Notes: generated from the letters alone by a model not told the origin. Shown: positions 39,599 to 49,434, numbered from the stretch's first letter. The stretch: 64,000 nucleotides of DNA from Hyphomicrobiaceae bacterium (GCA_041397645.1 JAWKWE010000008.1:28394-92393), one strand, 5' to 3'. Numbers and translations are program-made.

Positions 39599-41197
39599 AT
39601 GAGGCGACTTTCTTCATCGATCAACATCACTTCCGAACGTTTTGTTCGCAACCGCGAAGCGCAGAACGCGCGCACAGCGCTTCTGCGCGAGCGTATGGCG
39701 GAGGCAACACGAGGTGGTCGTATCGATATGGTCGAGCGGCATCGCGCTCGCGGTAAGTTGCCGGTCCGTGAGCGTATCGACTTGCTTGTCGATCCCGGAA
39801 CGGCATTTCTTGAGCTTTCCAGCCTCGCCGCATGGGGACAGTATGGGGGAGAGGTTCCGGGTGCCGGTATCGTCACTGGCATTGGGATCGTCTGTGGGTT
39901 GCCCTGCATGGTCATCGCGAACGATGCGACGATCAAAGGCGGATCATTCTATCACGAGACGGTGCAGAAACATATTCGCGCCCAGGAGATTGCCGAGCAG
40001 AATCGATTGCCGTGCCTTTATCTGGTTGATTGCGGAGGCGCCTATCTGCCCGAGCAAGACCGCGTGTTTCCCGGTGGTCGCGATTTCGGTAATGCCTTTT
40101 ATCGGCAATGCAATATGTCAGCGTCGGGGCTGCCGCAGATATCCGCCGTATTTGGCGGTTGCACTGCTGGTGGAGCTTATATTCCCGCTCTTTCTGACGA
40201 AGTTATAATGGTGCGGGGCAATGCACGCATTCATTTGGGCGGGCCGTCGATCGTCAAGGTCGCGATCGGTGAGCAAGTCGATGGCGAAACTCTCGGTGGA
40301 GCCGAGATGCACACTCGCGTCTCCGGAGTAAGCGATCATCTTGCGGACGACGAGTATCACGCCCTCACGCTCATGCGCGATATCGTCGCTAGTTCGGGCC
40401 AGAAACGCACAACCGCGCCTGCAGACCGGCCGCGGCCTCCACTGTACGATCCCGAGCAGCTTCTAGGCGTCGTGAGTGCGGATCGCAGGGAGCCTTATGA
40501 CGTGCGCGAGCTCCTGCTGCGTATCATCGATGCCGGCGAATTCAACGAGTTCAAGCCCGATTGGGGGGGCACATTGGTATGCGGCATCGCACGCATTCAC
40601 GGCTATCAAGTCGGCATCTTGGGCAACAACGGTGCACTTCTATCAGAGTCTTCGCTCAAAGGTGCGCAGTTCGTTTCGATGTGCGACCAAAGAAGTCTGC
40701 CACTTCTCTTCCTGCACAACGTCCCCGGCTTCATGGTCGGCACGGAGGCCGAGCGCGGCGGCATCGCCAAGAATAGCGCCAAGTTGGTCTATGCCTTGTC
40801 AATCGCCAAAGTTCCCAAACTTTCGCTGATCGTGGGCGGCTCCTACGGTGCGGGTAACTATGGAATGTGCGGTCGTGGATTTGCGCCGCGCTTCTTGTTC
40901 GCATGGCCGACGGCAGAAGTTTCCACCATGTCAGCGGATATTGCAGCAAACGTGATGATGGAGTTGCGCCTACAAAAGGGAGGCGAACAGAACCAAATGC
41001 AGACGGAGTTAAAGGAGATAGAGCTCGCGGTGCGTGCACAATATGCGGAACAATCGAGTCCTTACTATGCAACGTCACGGCTATGGGACGATGGTCTGAT
41101 TGAGCCAATTCAAACTCGCGACGTCCTCGGGCTGTGTCTCGGCATCGTAACGTCGGTGCCCGAGGCCGGGCGCCACACGCCCGTTTTTCGAATGTGA
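39599..41197 (+). CDS. Carboxyltransferase (MCC-beta-like) subunit, module 3
   Basis: IANDATIKGG, RAQEIAEQNRLPCLYLVD, CTAGGAYIPA, GNNG and [10 protein letters not shown]. Confidence 0.93.
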   Translation: MRRLSSSINITSERFVRNREAQNARTALLRERMAEATRGGRIDMVERHRARGKLPVRERIDLLVDPGTAFLELSSLAAWGQYGGEVPGAGIVTGIGIVCGLPCMVIANDATIKGGSFYHETVQKHIRAQEIAEQNRLPCLYLVDCGGAYLPEQDRVFPGGRDFGNAFYRQCNMSASGLPQISAVFGGCTAGGAYIPALSDEVIMVRGNARIHLGGPSIVKVAIGEQVDGETLGGAEMHTRVSGVSDHLADDEYHALTLMRDIVASSGQKRTTAPADRPRPPLYDPEQLLGVVSADRREPYDVRELLLRIIDAGEFNEFKPDWGGTLVCGIARIHGYQVGILGNNGALLSESSLKGAQFVSMCDQRSLPLLFLHNVPGFMVGTEAERGGIAKNSAKLVYALSIAKVPKLSLIVGGSYGAGNYGMCGRGFAPRFLFAWPTAEVSTMSADIAANVMMELRLQKGGEQNQMQTELKEIELAVRAQYAEQSSPYYATSRLWDDGLIEPIQTRDVLGLCLGIVTSVPEAGRHTPVFRM

Positions 41198-41208
41198 GGG
41201 TTGCTACC

Positions 41209-42006
41209 ATGACCCTAGGCATGGAAAAGACCATCAGCGTCGACGTGAATGCCTTGGGGGTGGCGACCCTGACGCTCAACCGTGCAGAAAAGCACAATGC
41301 GATCAATGGAGAGCTGATCGCTGACCTGGGTGCAGCAGTTCAGTCTCTGGCGGGCGACCCAGCCGTTCGTGTCGTAGTGTTGACGGGGGCTGGCAACAGC
41401 TTTTGCGCGGGAGGCGACTTCAATTGGTTCGCGTCGAATGTGGAAAAGACTCGTGCTGAGCGAGTGGCAGAGAGCGCGTCGTTGGCCCATTTGCTGCGTG
41501 GGCTCGATAGCTTGCCCAAGCCGTTGATTGGACGGATCAATGGTCCGGCCTATGGCGGTGGCGTCGGCCTGATTTCAGTGTGCGACTATACGATCGGAGT
41601 CGAAGGTTCAAAATTCGGACTTACGGAGGTCCGACTGGGTCTGCTGCCCGCCACTATCTCACCCTACGTCGTCGCAAGGATCGGAGCGGCCGCCTCGCGC
41701 GAGACGATGCTCTCGGGGGCGCTGTTCGATTGTGCGCGTGCCAGGCGCATCGGCCTTTTGACAGAGGTCGTGGCTCCCGGAGAGCTAGACAATGCGGTTG
41801 AGCGCATTGTCAATGCACATCTTCAGGCCGCTCCGGGTGCAGTAGCGGACACCAAGCGGCTCATTGCGTATGTCGCGCGTCACGAACTCGATGCCAACAT
41901 GATCTACACCGCTGACCGACTGGCCGACGCCTGGGAGACTGAAGAGGGAGTTGAAGGCATCAGTTGTTTTTTGAATAGGGGCACACCCTCATGGCGCGTG
42001 AAATGA
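41209..42006 (+). CDS. Methylglutaconyl-CoA hydratase-like crotonase (LiuC/AtuE type)
   Basis: NRAEKHNA, FCAGGD, GGGVGLISVCD and FGLTEVRLGLLPATISPYV. Confidence 0.83.
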   Translation: MTLGMEKTISVDVNALGVATLTLNRAEKHNAINGELIADLGAAVQSLAGDPAVRVVVLTGAGNSFCAGGDFNWFASNVEKTRAERVAESASLAHLLRGLDSLPKPLIGRINGPAYGGGVGLISVCDYTIGVEGSKFGLTEVRLGLLPATISPYVVARIGAAASRETMLSGALFDCARARRIGLLTEVVAPGELDNAVERIVNAHLQAAPGAVADTKRLIAYVARHELDANMIYTADRLADAWETEEGVEGISCFLNRGTPSWRVK

Positions 42007-44018
42007 GTTTCAAGCGCGTTCTCATTGCCAATCGAGGCGAGATTGCGCGTCGCATCCATCGCGCCTGTACCAAGCTTGGACTTGAAAGTGTTGCTACGTT
42101 TTCCGAGGCCGACCGGAACGCCCCTTTCGTCGCCGAAGCCAATCACGCTATCTGCATTGGCCCGCCCGCACCTTTGCGGAGTTATCTGAACGTCGACGCG
42201 ATCTTGGAGGCCGCGCAAGTCGTGGGAGCCGACGCGGTACATCCAGGCTATGGTTTCTTGTCGGAAAGCGCCGAATTTGCTCACCGCGTGACCGAGGCCG
42301 GGCTCGTCTTCGTCGGTCCGTCACCCGAGGCAATAACGCGGATGGGTTCGAAGATCGAAGCCAAGGCAGTCGCGGAGGCGGCTGGCGTGCCAGTTCTGCC
42401 CGGTTATCGCGGTGCAGATCAATCAGAAGCGCGACTGCTTTCAGAAGCCGAGGGCCTCGGCGTGCCATTTATCGTCAAAGCCAGCGCCGGCGGCGGTGGG
42501 CGGGGAATGCGGCTTGTCACGCAGCTTGGGGAGGCGATCGACGCGATCCGCGAAGCCAGAGCCGAAGCGCGCGCTGCCTTTGGCGATGCGACCGTATTTC
42601 TTGAGCGTTATGCTCCCCGCGCGCGACACGTCGAAGTACAGATCCTGGGGGACAGTTACGGTAATATCGTGCACCTGTGGGATCGCGATTGCTCGCTCCA
42701 ACGCAACCACCAGAAGCTTGTCGAAGAAGCGCCGGCTCCCGGCCTGCCGGCGCCGCTGCGCGAGAAGATGCTCGATGCCGCTGTAAGCCTCGCCCGCGCT
42801 ATTGGTTACAGCTCGGCTGGCACTGTGGAATACCTTTACGATTTTGAACGCGGGGACTTCTATTTCCTGGAAATGAATACCCGGCTTCAAGTCGAACATC
42901 CCGTCACCGAGGCGATCACCGGCATCGATCTCGTCGAATGGCAACTGCGAGTCGCGCGCGGCGAGGAATTGCCCTTCGCCCAGCGCGACATCGGCTGTTC
43001 TGGTCATGCAATCGAGATTCGCCTCGCAGCTGAAAACCCGAGCGACCGATTCCGTCCCGAAACGGGCACAATTACTCTCTGGGAGCCTCCGGTGGCGCCA
43101 GGTCTCCGGCTCGACTCGGGAGTCGAAACAGGCAGTGTTGTAAGCCATCATTATGATTCGATGGTCGCCAAGCTCATTGCGAAGGCAGACGATCGTGAAG
43201 GTGCGATCCGCAAGGCGGTTGCGGCGCTCGACGGTTTTTTAATCGGGGGCGTAGGCATGAATATCGCCTATCAGCGTGCACTTCTCATTCATCCAGATTT
43301 CGCCGCGCTGCGCCACCACACTGCAGCGCTCGAACAGCTTTTTCCCGGTGGATGGAAGGCGCCAGAGGTCGACAAGGAAAGCCAAGCACTGGCTGTGTTG
43401 GCGCTGCACCAACATTTGGCCAGGGCCGAGCAAATCGACCCGTGGCACTCCTTGGGGGGATGGCGTGTAACCGATCTAGCGGGCCGCCCCGGCGCGGCAC
43501 GCTATTTTTTGGTGGGTGACCAGGTCGAAGAGCTCTTGGTGGTCGGGCAGAAGCTTCAGATGGAAGTGCGCTTCAAAGAGATGACGCCGATCTCGGTCGA
43601 AGACGTCCAATTCCGCGACGGACGGTTGACCGGGCGCGTTGCCGGCCGACCGTTTGCCCGCATCGTGCGCTTGGAACGCGGCGACATGAACTGGCGCATT
43701 CATCTTTCGGGCCGCGATGGCGTGCTGCAGGTGCACATACTCACACTAGACGATCTTCATGGTGGCGATGCCGGTGCTGCTTCAGCTGACGCAGACACTC
43801 TGAAAGCTCCAATGCCCGGCACCGTCGTCGAGCTCAGTACCAGACGAGGCGACCTGGTCGAACAAGGTCAGACATTGGTCGTGCTCGAGGCAATGAAGCT
43901 ATTGCAAAACTTAACCGCACCCTTGAGCGGCACCGTAGAAGAGATTTTTTGCTCGACGGGCGACACCGTGTCTAGCGGTGCCTCCCTTGTCCGATTAGCA
44001 CGGAAGGAAGAAATATGA
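42003..44018 (+). CDS. Carboxylase alpha subunit (BC plus biotinyl domain), module 3
   Basis: VLIANRGEIA, HPGYGFLSE, DRDCSLQRNHQK, FLEMNTRLQVEHPVTE and biotin motif EAMKLL. Confidence 0.93.
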   Translation: MSFKRVLIANRGEIARRIHRACTKLGLESVATFSEADRNAPFVAEANHAICIGPPAPLRSYLNVDAILEAAQVVGADAVHPGYGFLSESAEFAHRVTEAGLVFVGPSPEAITRMGSKIEAKAVAEAAGVPVLPGYRGADQSEARLLSEAEGLGVPFIVKASAGGGGRGMRLVTQLGEAIDAIREARAEARAAFGDATVFLERYAPRARHVEVQILGDSYGNIVHLWDRDCSLQRNHQKLVEEAPAPGLPAPLREKMLDAAVSLARAIGYSSAGTVEYLYDFERGDFYFLEMNTRLQVEHPVTEAITGIDLVEWQLRVARGEELPFAQRDIGCSGHAIEIRLAAENPSDRFRPETGTITLWEPPVAPGLRLDSGVETGSVVSHHYDSMVAKLIAKADDREGAIRKAVAALDGFLIGGVGMNIAYQRALLIHPDFAALRHHTAALEQLFPGGWKAPEVDKESQALAVLALHQHLARAEQIDPWHSLGGWRVTDLAGRPGAARYFLVGDQVEELLVVGQKLQMEVRFKEMTPISVEDVQFRDGRLTGRVAGRPFARIVRLERGDMNWRIHLSGRDGVLQVHILTLDDLHGGDAGAASADADTLKAPMPGTVVELSTRRGDLVEQGQTLVVLEAMKLLQNLTAPLSGTVEEIFCSTGDTVSSGASLVRLARKEEI

Positions 44019-45184
44019 ATACCGGTCATGAGCAAACGAAATCGACCGCTTTTCCGTTCGACGAAGACATAGAAATGATCCGCGTTCAGCTGCGGCGGTT
44101 CATCGAGACCGAAGTCATTCCGGCGGCCGACGCGTGGGAGGAAAAAGGCGTGGTACCTCGCGAAGTCCTGCGCGATATGGGTAAGCTTGGCGTGTTGGGA
44201 ATGCGCTACGATCTCGAATATGGCGGTGCCGAGCTCGACACGATGGCGAGCGTGATGCTGGCCGAGGAACTGGGGCGCTCCACCTTCGGTGGATTTTCGG
44301 CGACGGTTCTGGTCCATACCGACATGGCGTCGCCACATTTGGAGAATGCCGGGACGCCCGAGCAAAAGGCGCGTTGGATGCCCGCTATCACCAGCGGTGA
44401 GAAGGTAGCCGCGGTGGCCGTCACCGAGCCGGACGCGGGATCGGACGTCGCGGGTATGCGTACTCGTGCGGTGAAAAAGGGATCCGATTGGGTGTTGAAC
44501 GGCACCAAGATGTTCATCACCAACGGCGTGTACGCCGATCTGTATTTTGTGGCCGCCAAGACTGATCAGGAGGCGAAGGGCTCCCGCGGGATCACAATGT
44601 TCGCCGTCGAGAAAGGCGCACCCGGCTTTTCGGTAAGTCGAGCGCTGAAGAAAACGGGATGGCTGTGTTCGGACACAGCCGAACTGGTTTTCGAGAATGT
44701 TCACGTGCCCGCTGAAAACGTGCTCGGTGAAGTCAATCGAGGTTTCTATGCAGTGATGAAAAATTTCCAAAACGAAAGGATTGTGCTGGGCACACTAGCG
44801 GTTGCCGAAGCGCAGACAGCTCTGAACTTGACAGTTGCTTACGTTAAGCAACGGAAGGCGTTCGGCGGCGTGCTGTGGGACAAGCAGGCTGTCCGCCAAC
44901 GCCTGGCTAATTGCCAGGCCCAGATCGAAGCGGGGCGTCAATTAGCTTATCACGCTGCCCGACTGGACTGCGAAGGTCATGACTGTGTGCGGGAAGTTTC
45001 AATGGTCAAGGCGTACTGCGGTGAGCTGGTGAATCGGGTTCTCTACGACTGCATTCAATTCCACGGGGGGATGGGTTACATGCGCGAGATGGCGGTAGAG
45101 CGGATGTCGCGCGACGCCCGAATTCATGCCATTGGAGGCGGTGCAAGCGAGGTCATGCTGGAAGAGGTTGCTAAACGAATGTAG
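44015..45184 (+). CDS. Acyl-CoA dehydrogenase (LCAD/AtuD-like clade)
   Basis: VHTDMASPHL, VTEPDAGSDVAG, NGTKMFITNG, FQNERI and IGGGASEVM. Confidence 0.9.
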   Translation: MNTGHEQTKSTAFPFDEDIEMIRVQLRRFIETEVIPAADAWEEKGVVPREVLRDMGKLGVLGMRYDLEYGGAELDTMASVMLAEELGRSTFGGFSATVLVHTDMASPHLENAGTPEQKARWMPAITSGEKVAAVAVTEPDAGSDVAGMRTRAVKKGSDWVLNGTKMFITNGVYADLYFVAAKTDQEAKGSRGITMFAVEKGAPGFSVSRALKKTGWLCSDTAELVFENVHVPAENVLGEVNRGFYAVMKNFQNERIVLGTLAVAEAQTALNLTVAYVKQRKAFGGVLWDKQAVRQRLANCQAQIEAGRQLAYHAARLDCEGHDCVREVSMVKAYCGELVNRVLYDCIQFHGGMGYMREMAVERMSRDARIHAIGGGASEVMLEEVAKRM

Positions 45185-45349
45185 TCATTTGACCCCCGCG
45201 CTTGCGATAGCTTGGAATCCTCGATAATTATGAAATGCGGATGCGGAAGAAAACTCGATCCGATCATGCGCAGCTTATCGCGCGTGCCGGACTCCCAAAC
45301 CAGAGCCAGCTTGAGCCGTTGCGGTGTGGCAGCGGTAAACGGGCGGCCG

Positions 45350-46186
45350 TTAAGCTTTCCTGCCCTCATCCCGCCTGACGATGCGGGTAGGCTGACCATG
45401 GCCGCCGATCAGCAGAAACTCTTGCGCGCCATATCCCGCTTCCATCGGAATACGCAGAATTCTCCCCTCGTCGGTCGTGCGAGGCTCGGGCCTGACCGTC
45501 ACCACTCTCGCATCACGCCCAGCCGCGATCGCTTCTGCGACAGTTCGATGGCGGCCGACCTTTTCAAGGTTCAATTGCGTCGGGAACAGCACAGTCCGCC
45601 GGCCCGCGTCGGCCTCGCTACACGCATGGGCGGGCGTGAGCCAGATGGAATCGACTGATTCTCGTCCATCATGCCGCAGGACATGATCAAGCGGTGCTTC
45701 GGCGAGGAAGAAGTGTGTGTCAAAACGCTTAGGCATGTGCGGTGGCGTAATCCAATGGGCGAAATGCACCAGCCGGTCGAAGGCAGCCACCAAACCTTCA
45801 CGTTCAATCATGTCGGCGAATCCGACCGCCCCCCTCTCGATTGCCTGCCGATAACGCCTGCCCAGCGCCTCGGCGCGCGCGCCCTCGATGAGCGGGCCGC
45901 GGGTCGTCCCACGTGCGAAAAGGACACCGCATTCCTCGAAAGCCTCGCGCGCCGCCGCCGCCATGAGGCACAACATCTCGTCGCTCGCCCAGTCTACACC
46001 CACTGCTAGATTGCGCCATCGCGGATCAAAATCGGCGGGATCGACGGAGCCACCAGGGAATACCAAAGCCCCTGATGCGAATTCGATCTCATGATGGCGG
46101 ACGACCATGAATAGCTCCAATCCGTCCGTGCCGTCACGCGCGAGCATGAGTGTCGCGGCGATTCGTGGTTGTGCGGGCTCGGTCAT
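45350..46186 (-). CDS. Nudix hydrolase, NUDT19-like (putative acyl-CoA/CoA diphosphatase)
   Basis: AATLML, LVFPGG, AAAREAFEECG and HWITP....RFDTHFF. Confidence 0.82.
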   Translation of the reverse strand: MTEPAQPRIAATLMLARDGTDGLELFMVVRHHEIEFASGALVFPGGSVDPADFDPRWRNLAVGVDWASDEMLCLMAAAAREAFEECGVLFARGTTRGPLIEGARAEALGRRYRQAIERGAVGFADMIEREGLVAAFDRLVHFAHWITPPHMPKRFDTHFFLAEAPLDHVLRHDGRESVDSIWLTPAHACSEADAGRRTVLFPTQLNLEKVGRHRTVAEAIAAGRDARVVTVRPEPRTTDEGRILRIPMEAGYGAQEFLLIGGHGQPTRIVRRDEGRKA

Positions 46187-46411
46187 GCGAAGACTCCGCA
46201 GATGATGCCAAAGTGATTATTCATGGTCGACCGTAGGTGCGATCGCAGCACTTCGTCGGCAGCCGCAGCGGAGAGCGGCGAGGTGGCGTATCGCCAGCAC
46301 TGATGAATCGTAAAGAAAAATGCGAGAGGGACCGGGGGCGCCCCATCTCGAGACTTACACAGTCTTGAATTCATTTGCTCACTCTTTCCGTTATGCGCGC
46401 CGGCTTGCCGT

Positions 46412-48058
46412 TCATGCCAAGATGAGCTCGCTATATCCGCCCTCGGCGACCGCATTGGCCTTCTTGCGAAAGGCCGGCGCACTACCGCTGTAGCGGGCTA
46501 CAACCCGCTTTTGCTTGCCCTCGATATTCTGGTTAATGCCGGTCATCCAGCTATCCACCTCGTTGGACAGCAAGCCCTCTCCGGTCTTCAGCACGAAATT
46601 TGTCCATTCCTCGACCGCTTCGTCGCGGGGAACCGCGAAAGTATAGCCGTGCTCGCGGAGAAACCGGATTAGCTCGGCTACCCAAAGAACATTGTACTCG
46701 GCCGAGCGGGGAATGTTGCCGAGGGCAGAATGCGGTCCGATGCACATGAACATATTCGGGAATTCCGCCACCATCATTCCAAGGAAGGTCTCAAGCGCCT
46801 GTCGCCATTTCTCCTTGAGCCTCCTGCCGCCGAGACCACAGATATCGATGCGGTCAAAACTGCCTGTGATCGCATCGAAGCCGGTCGCATATACGATCAT
46901 ATCGAAAGCCAAGCTACGGTCCGCGAGTTCGATCCCCGTCGGCGTGATGCGTCGGATCGGGTTATGGAGAATGCTGATCAGTTCCACGTTTGCGCGGTTG
47001 AAAACCTCGTAATAGCCGGATTCCTGTGGTACCCGTCGCGTTCCGAACCCGTGATCCTTGGGGATCAGCAGGTCGGCGACTTTGGGATCATGCACGCGTT
47101 CACGGATTTTTCTGGCGACGAATTTTGACACTTCCTCGTTCGCGCGGCGGTCGGTCATCATATCCTTGAAGCCGCCGACCCACATCGAAAATCCGGGCGT
47201 CTGATATTGCTTCTCCCAAAACGCCTCCCGCTCCTCGGGTGACAGCTCGAATGTGGTGCGGCCATCCGGGGTATGAAGAAATCCAGCCGAAGTCTGGTCG
47301 CATAACGAGAACATCTCGGGGTACCATGCGCGCAACCGCCGCATCTCCTCTCGCGAGATCGGCCGGTTGTGCAGCGGCTTGCACCAGTTGGGACGACGCT
47401 GGAACACCGTCAGCGTCTTGGCGGTCTTGGCGATCTCGGTGATCACCTGCACGCCACTCGCCCCGCTCCCGATCACCGCGACGCGCTTGCCCTCGAATGT
47501 CACCGAATGTTTTGGCCACAATCCTGTGTGGTAGGCCTCGCCGGCAAAACTCTCTCGCCCGGGCACATTCGGATAGGTCGGGGCCGAGAGCGGGCCGACC
47601 GCCGTGACTAAGAAGCGGCAGCTGTGGCGCGAACCGTCCTCGAGGATCACATTCCATAAGCGACTGTCCTCCCGGTAATGGCACGCGGCCACCTTGCTCG
47701 AGAAGCTGATGCTGCGGCGCAGGTCGAGCTTGTCCGCCATATAGTTCAAATAGCGCTCGGTCTCCGGCTGGCCGGCGAAGTGCTCGCTCCAGTCCCACTC
47801 GTCCAAAAGTTCTTGGCTGAACGAGTAAGCGTAGGAGTAGCTTTCACTATCGAAGCGCGCACCTGGATAACGGTTCCAGTACCATGTACCGCCGACGCCG
47901 GTGCCCATTTCGAACAACTTGACGTTCATCCCGAGCCGGTCGCGCAGGCAATGTAGCTGATACAGTCCGGACAGGCCGGCACCAACGATGATGGTGTCCC
48001 AGTCCAGAGCCGCTACGGGTTCGGGACGGGACAGGCTGGGGATCGTCTCGGCTTCCAT
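46412..48058 (-). CDS. Type I Baeyer-Villiger monooxygenase
   Basis: GAGLSG, GGTWYWNRYPGARFD, fingerprint FAGEAYHTGLW, GSGASG, FGTRR and ATGF. Confidence 0.93.
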   Translation of the reverse strand: MEAETIPSLSRPEPVAALDWDTIIVGAGLSGLYQLHCLRDRLGMNVKLFEMGTGVGGTWYWNRYPGARFDSESYSYAYSFSQELLDEWDWSEHFAGQPETERYLNYMADKLDLRRSISFSSKVAACHYREDSRLWNVILEDGSRHSCRFLVTAVGPLSAPTYPNVPGRESFAGEAYHTGLWPKHSVTFEGKRVAVIGSGASGVQVITEIAKTAKTLTVFQRRPNWCKPLHNRPISREEMRRLRAWYPEMFSLCDQTSAGFLHTPDGRTTFELSPEEREAFWEKQYQTPGFSMWVGGFKDMMTDRRANEEVSKFVARKIRERVHDPKVADLLIPKDHGFGTRRVPQESGYYEVFNRANVELISILHNPIRRITPTGIELADRSLAFDMIVYATGFDAITGSFDRIDICGLGGRRLKEKWRQALETFLGMMVAEFPNMFMCIGPHSALGNIPRSAEYNVLWVAELIRFLREHGYTFAVPRDEAVEEWTNFVLKTGEGLLSNEVDSWMTGINQNIEGKQKRVVARYSGSAPAFRKKANAVAEGGYSELILA

Positions 48059-48274
48059 CTGTGCGCTCCGGTATTTTTTTGCCGGAACCTGACGCGATCT
48101 GCCTCAGGGCGATGATCGCCGGATTCCGTCTTGACGAACGCCGACATCTCCGCCTCTGGTGGATAACCTCGATCCTGCCGCCCGAGATTGACCTCTTGCG
48201 AGATGGCATGCGCGTGCCGTCCTAGAACCGCCTTTCATTTTCTTGACATCGATCGTGAAAGGTAACACTGTTGA

Positions 48275-48290
48275 CCGAACAAACGTTAGA
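48275..48290. promoter_or_regulatory. Operator copy 5, CCGAAC-AAAC-GTTAGA
   Basis: Overlaps the -10 of a minus-strand promoter TTGACT (48311-48306)-N17-TAACGT (48288-48283) pointing at the BVMO. Confidence 0.78.
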
Positions 48291-48307
48291 AATTTTGTGG
48301 AGCAAAG

Positions 48308-48326
48308 TCAAACTTCTGAAGTTTGA
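48308..48326. promoter_or_regulatory. Perfect 19-bp palindrome TCAAACTTC-T-GAAGTTTGA (candidate second regulator site)
   Basis: 9-bp perfect arms overlapping the -35 of the BVMO promoter. Confidence 0.6.
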
Positions 48327-48498
48327 TGTCGCCAAATCAGTGTTGCCGAAACGCGTACTGTCAGTGCGGCTGGCGCACTTCTGGCGAGTGAGAGAGGTTC
48401 CGATGTTGGCGTGTGCTCCCGGTAGGTTGTTCATTCGGCCCTAACCGAGGAAGCTGAGGTTTCGTCCGATTTCAATGAAGGATCGAGTAGACCGCTCC

Positions 48499-48543
48499 AA
48501 GAATGCAACTCTGACACCGAAGGGGCGAGAGGACATGATGCGA
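48499..48543 (+). pseudogene. Relic N-terminus of an IS481-family transposase
   Basis: KNATLTPKGREDMMR resembles the IS481 start HKNARLTPKGREEMVR; similarity is lost after about 15 codons. Confidence 0.5.
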
Positions 48544-49418
48544 AGTGGGAGCCTGTTGCCCGTTTGTGGGGCCGCGCGAAGCCGTGTCGGTCATGGAGAA
48601 ACCCAAATCGTGGGGAAATCTTATCAGTTCCCAGTATTTGAGTTGATCCTGAGACAGCGCCGTCGTTCGTGGAGATGGGGCGTCTGCATGGCCGGAGGTG
48701 ACATCGTCATGCAGGGTCGGGAAAACAGTCGGCCAGCTGCCAGATACGCGGCGGAGCGGGCGCTCTTTTTGTTGCTGTTGTCCGCCGCCTTGAGCACACG
48801 CTGTCGCAAACTCGCCGAAGAGTAACCCACAAAGCGGCCCTCAGGGCAACCACTTCGAAAAACCGCACTGCTGGTGGGCACCCTTCCGCGAAAGGTCTCA
48901 CACTCGCGTCGTCCACCCGGCGCGCGCGCGGCGACCAGCGTGATTTCCGCGCCCATCGCGCGACTAGCGGCGCACAGACCTGATTGACCACGACGTGGCG
49001 ACCCTCGTCGACTTGCCGGAGAGGGCGCTTGAGAAGGCGATGCAACAATCGACCGACGTTCTCGACAAGTCGATAGCGCGTCGGCAAGCTTGAGATAGTC
49101 GATGGAATGCCATCATGACATCATTGAGTCGCGTGGCCTGGTTGATGAGGCTGATCGGAATGCCGCCCGGGATGGTCGCCTCTGAGGAAACGTTCAACAT
49201 CGCGTGGCGTTGGACAGAGGCCTGCGCCCAGAGTCAGTCAACACCTAGGACAAGCCCGGCTTCATGCGGAACGCCGTTATGGCGCCGTTCCACAATGATA
49301 TAATCCGGGTGGTGGGATCAGAACGACGAGAAACGCGCCGAGAAAGAAACCTACTTTTCCCTACCGAGGAAGAGCGACAGCTGCACTTTCCTGGAGACGA
49401 ACCGCCCTTGCAGCATTT

Positions 49419-49434
49419 TCTAACACATGTTAGA
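49419..49434. promoter_or_regulatory. Operator copy 6, TCTAAC-ACAT-GTTAGA
   Basis: Perfect arms, inside TTGCAG-N17-TAGATA, 39 bp before the SDR/ABC operon start. Confidence 0.82.

Noticed and set aside
740-45184. Calling the island a canonical atu or liu cluster, or the anaerobic benzoate pathway
   Set aside because: No AtuA, no AtuC-type CT signature, no benzoyl-CoA reductase or BadI/BadK; gene order and paralog number differ.
46183-46482. 99-aa ORF between the BVMO and the Nudix gene
   Set aside because: It overlaps the BVMO end and has no recognisable motif; possibly a fragment, but unsupported.
48308-48326. Palindrome as an FNR/FixK box
   Set aside because: Arm order is TCAA...TTGA with different spacing, opposite to TTGAT-N4-ATCAA.
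48222-48434. Small ORF sharing the peptide SNVCSV with the extended 63332-63751 ORF
   Set aside because: The shared peptide is simply the translation of the duplicated operator DNA, not protein homology.
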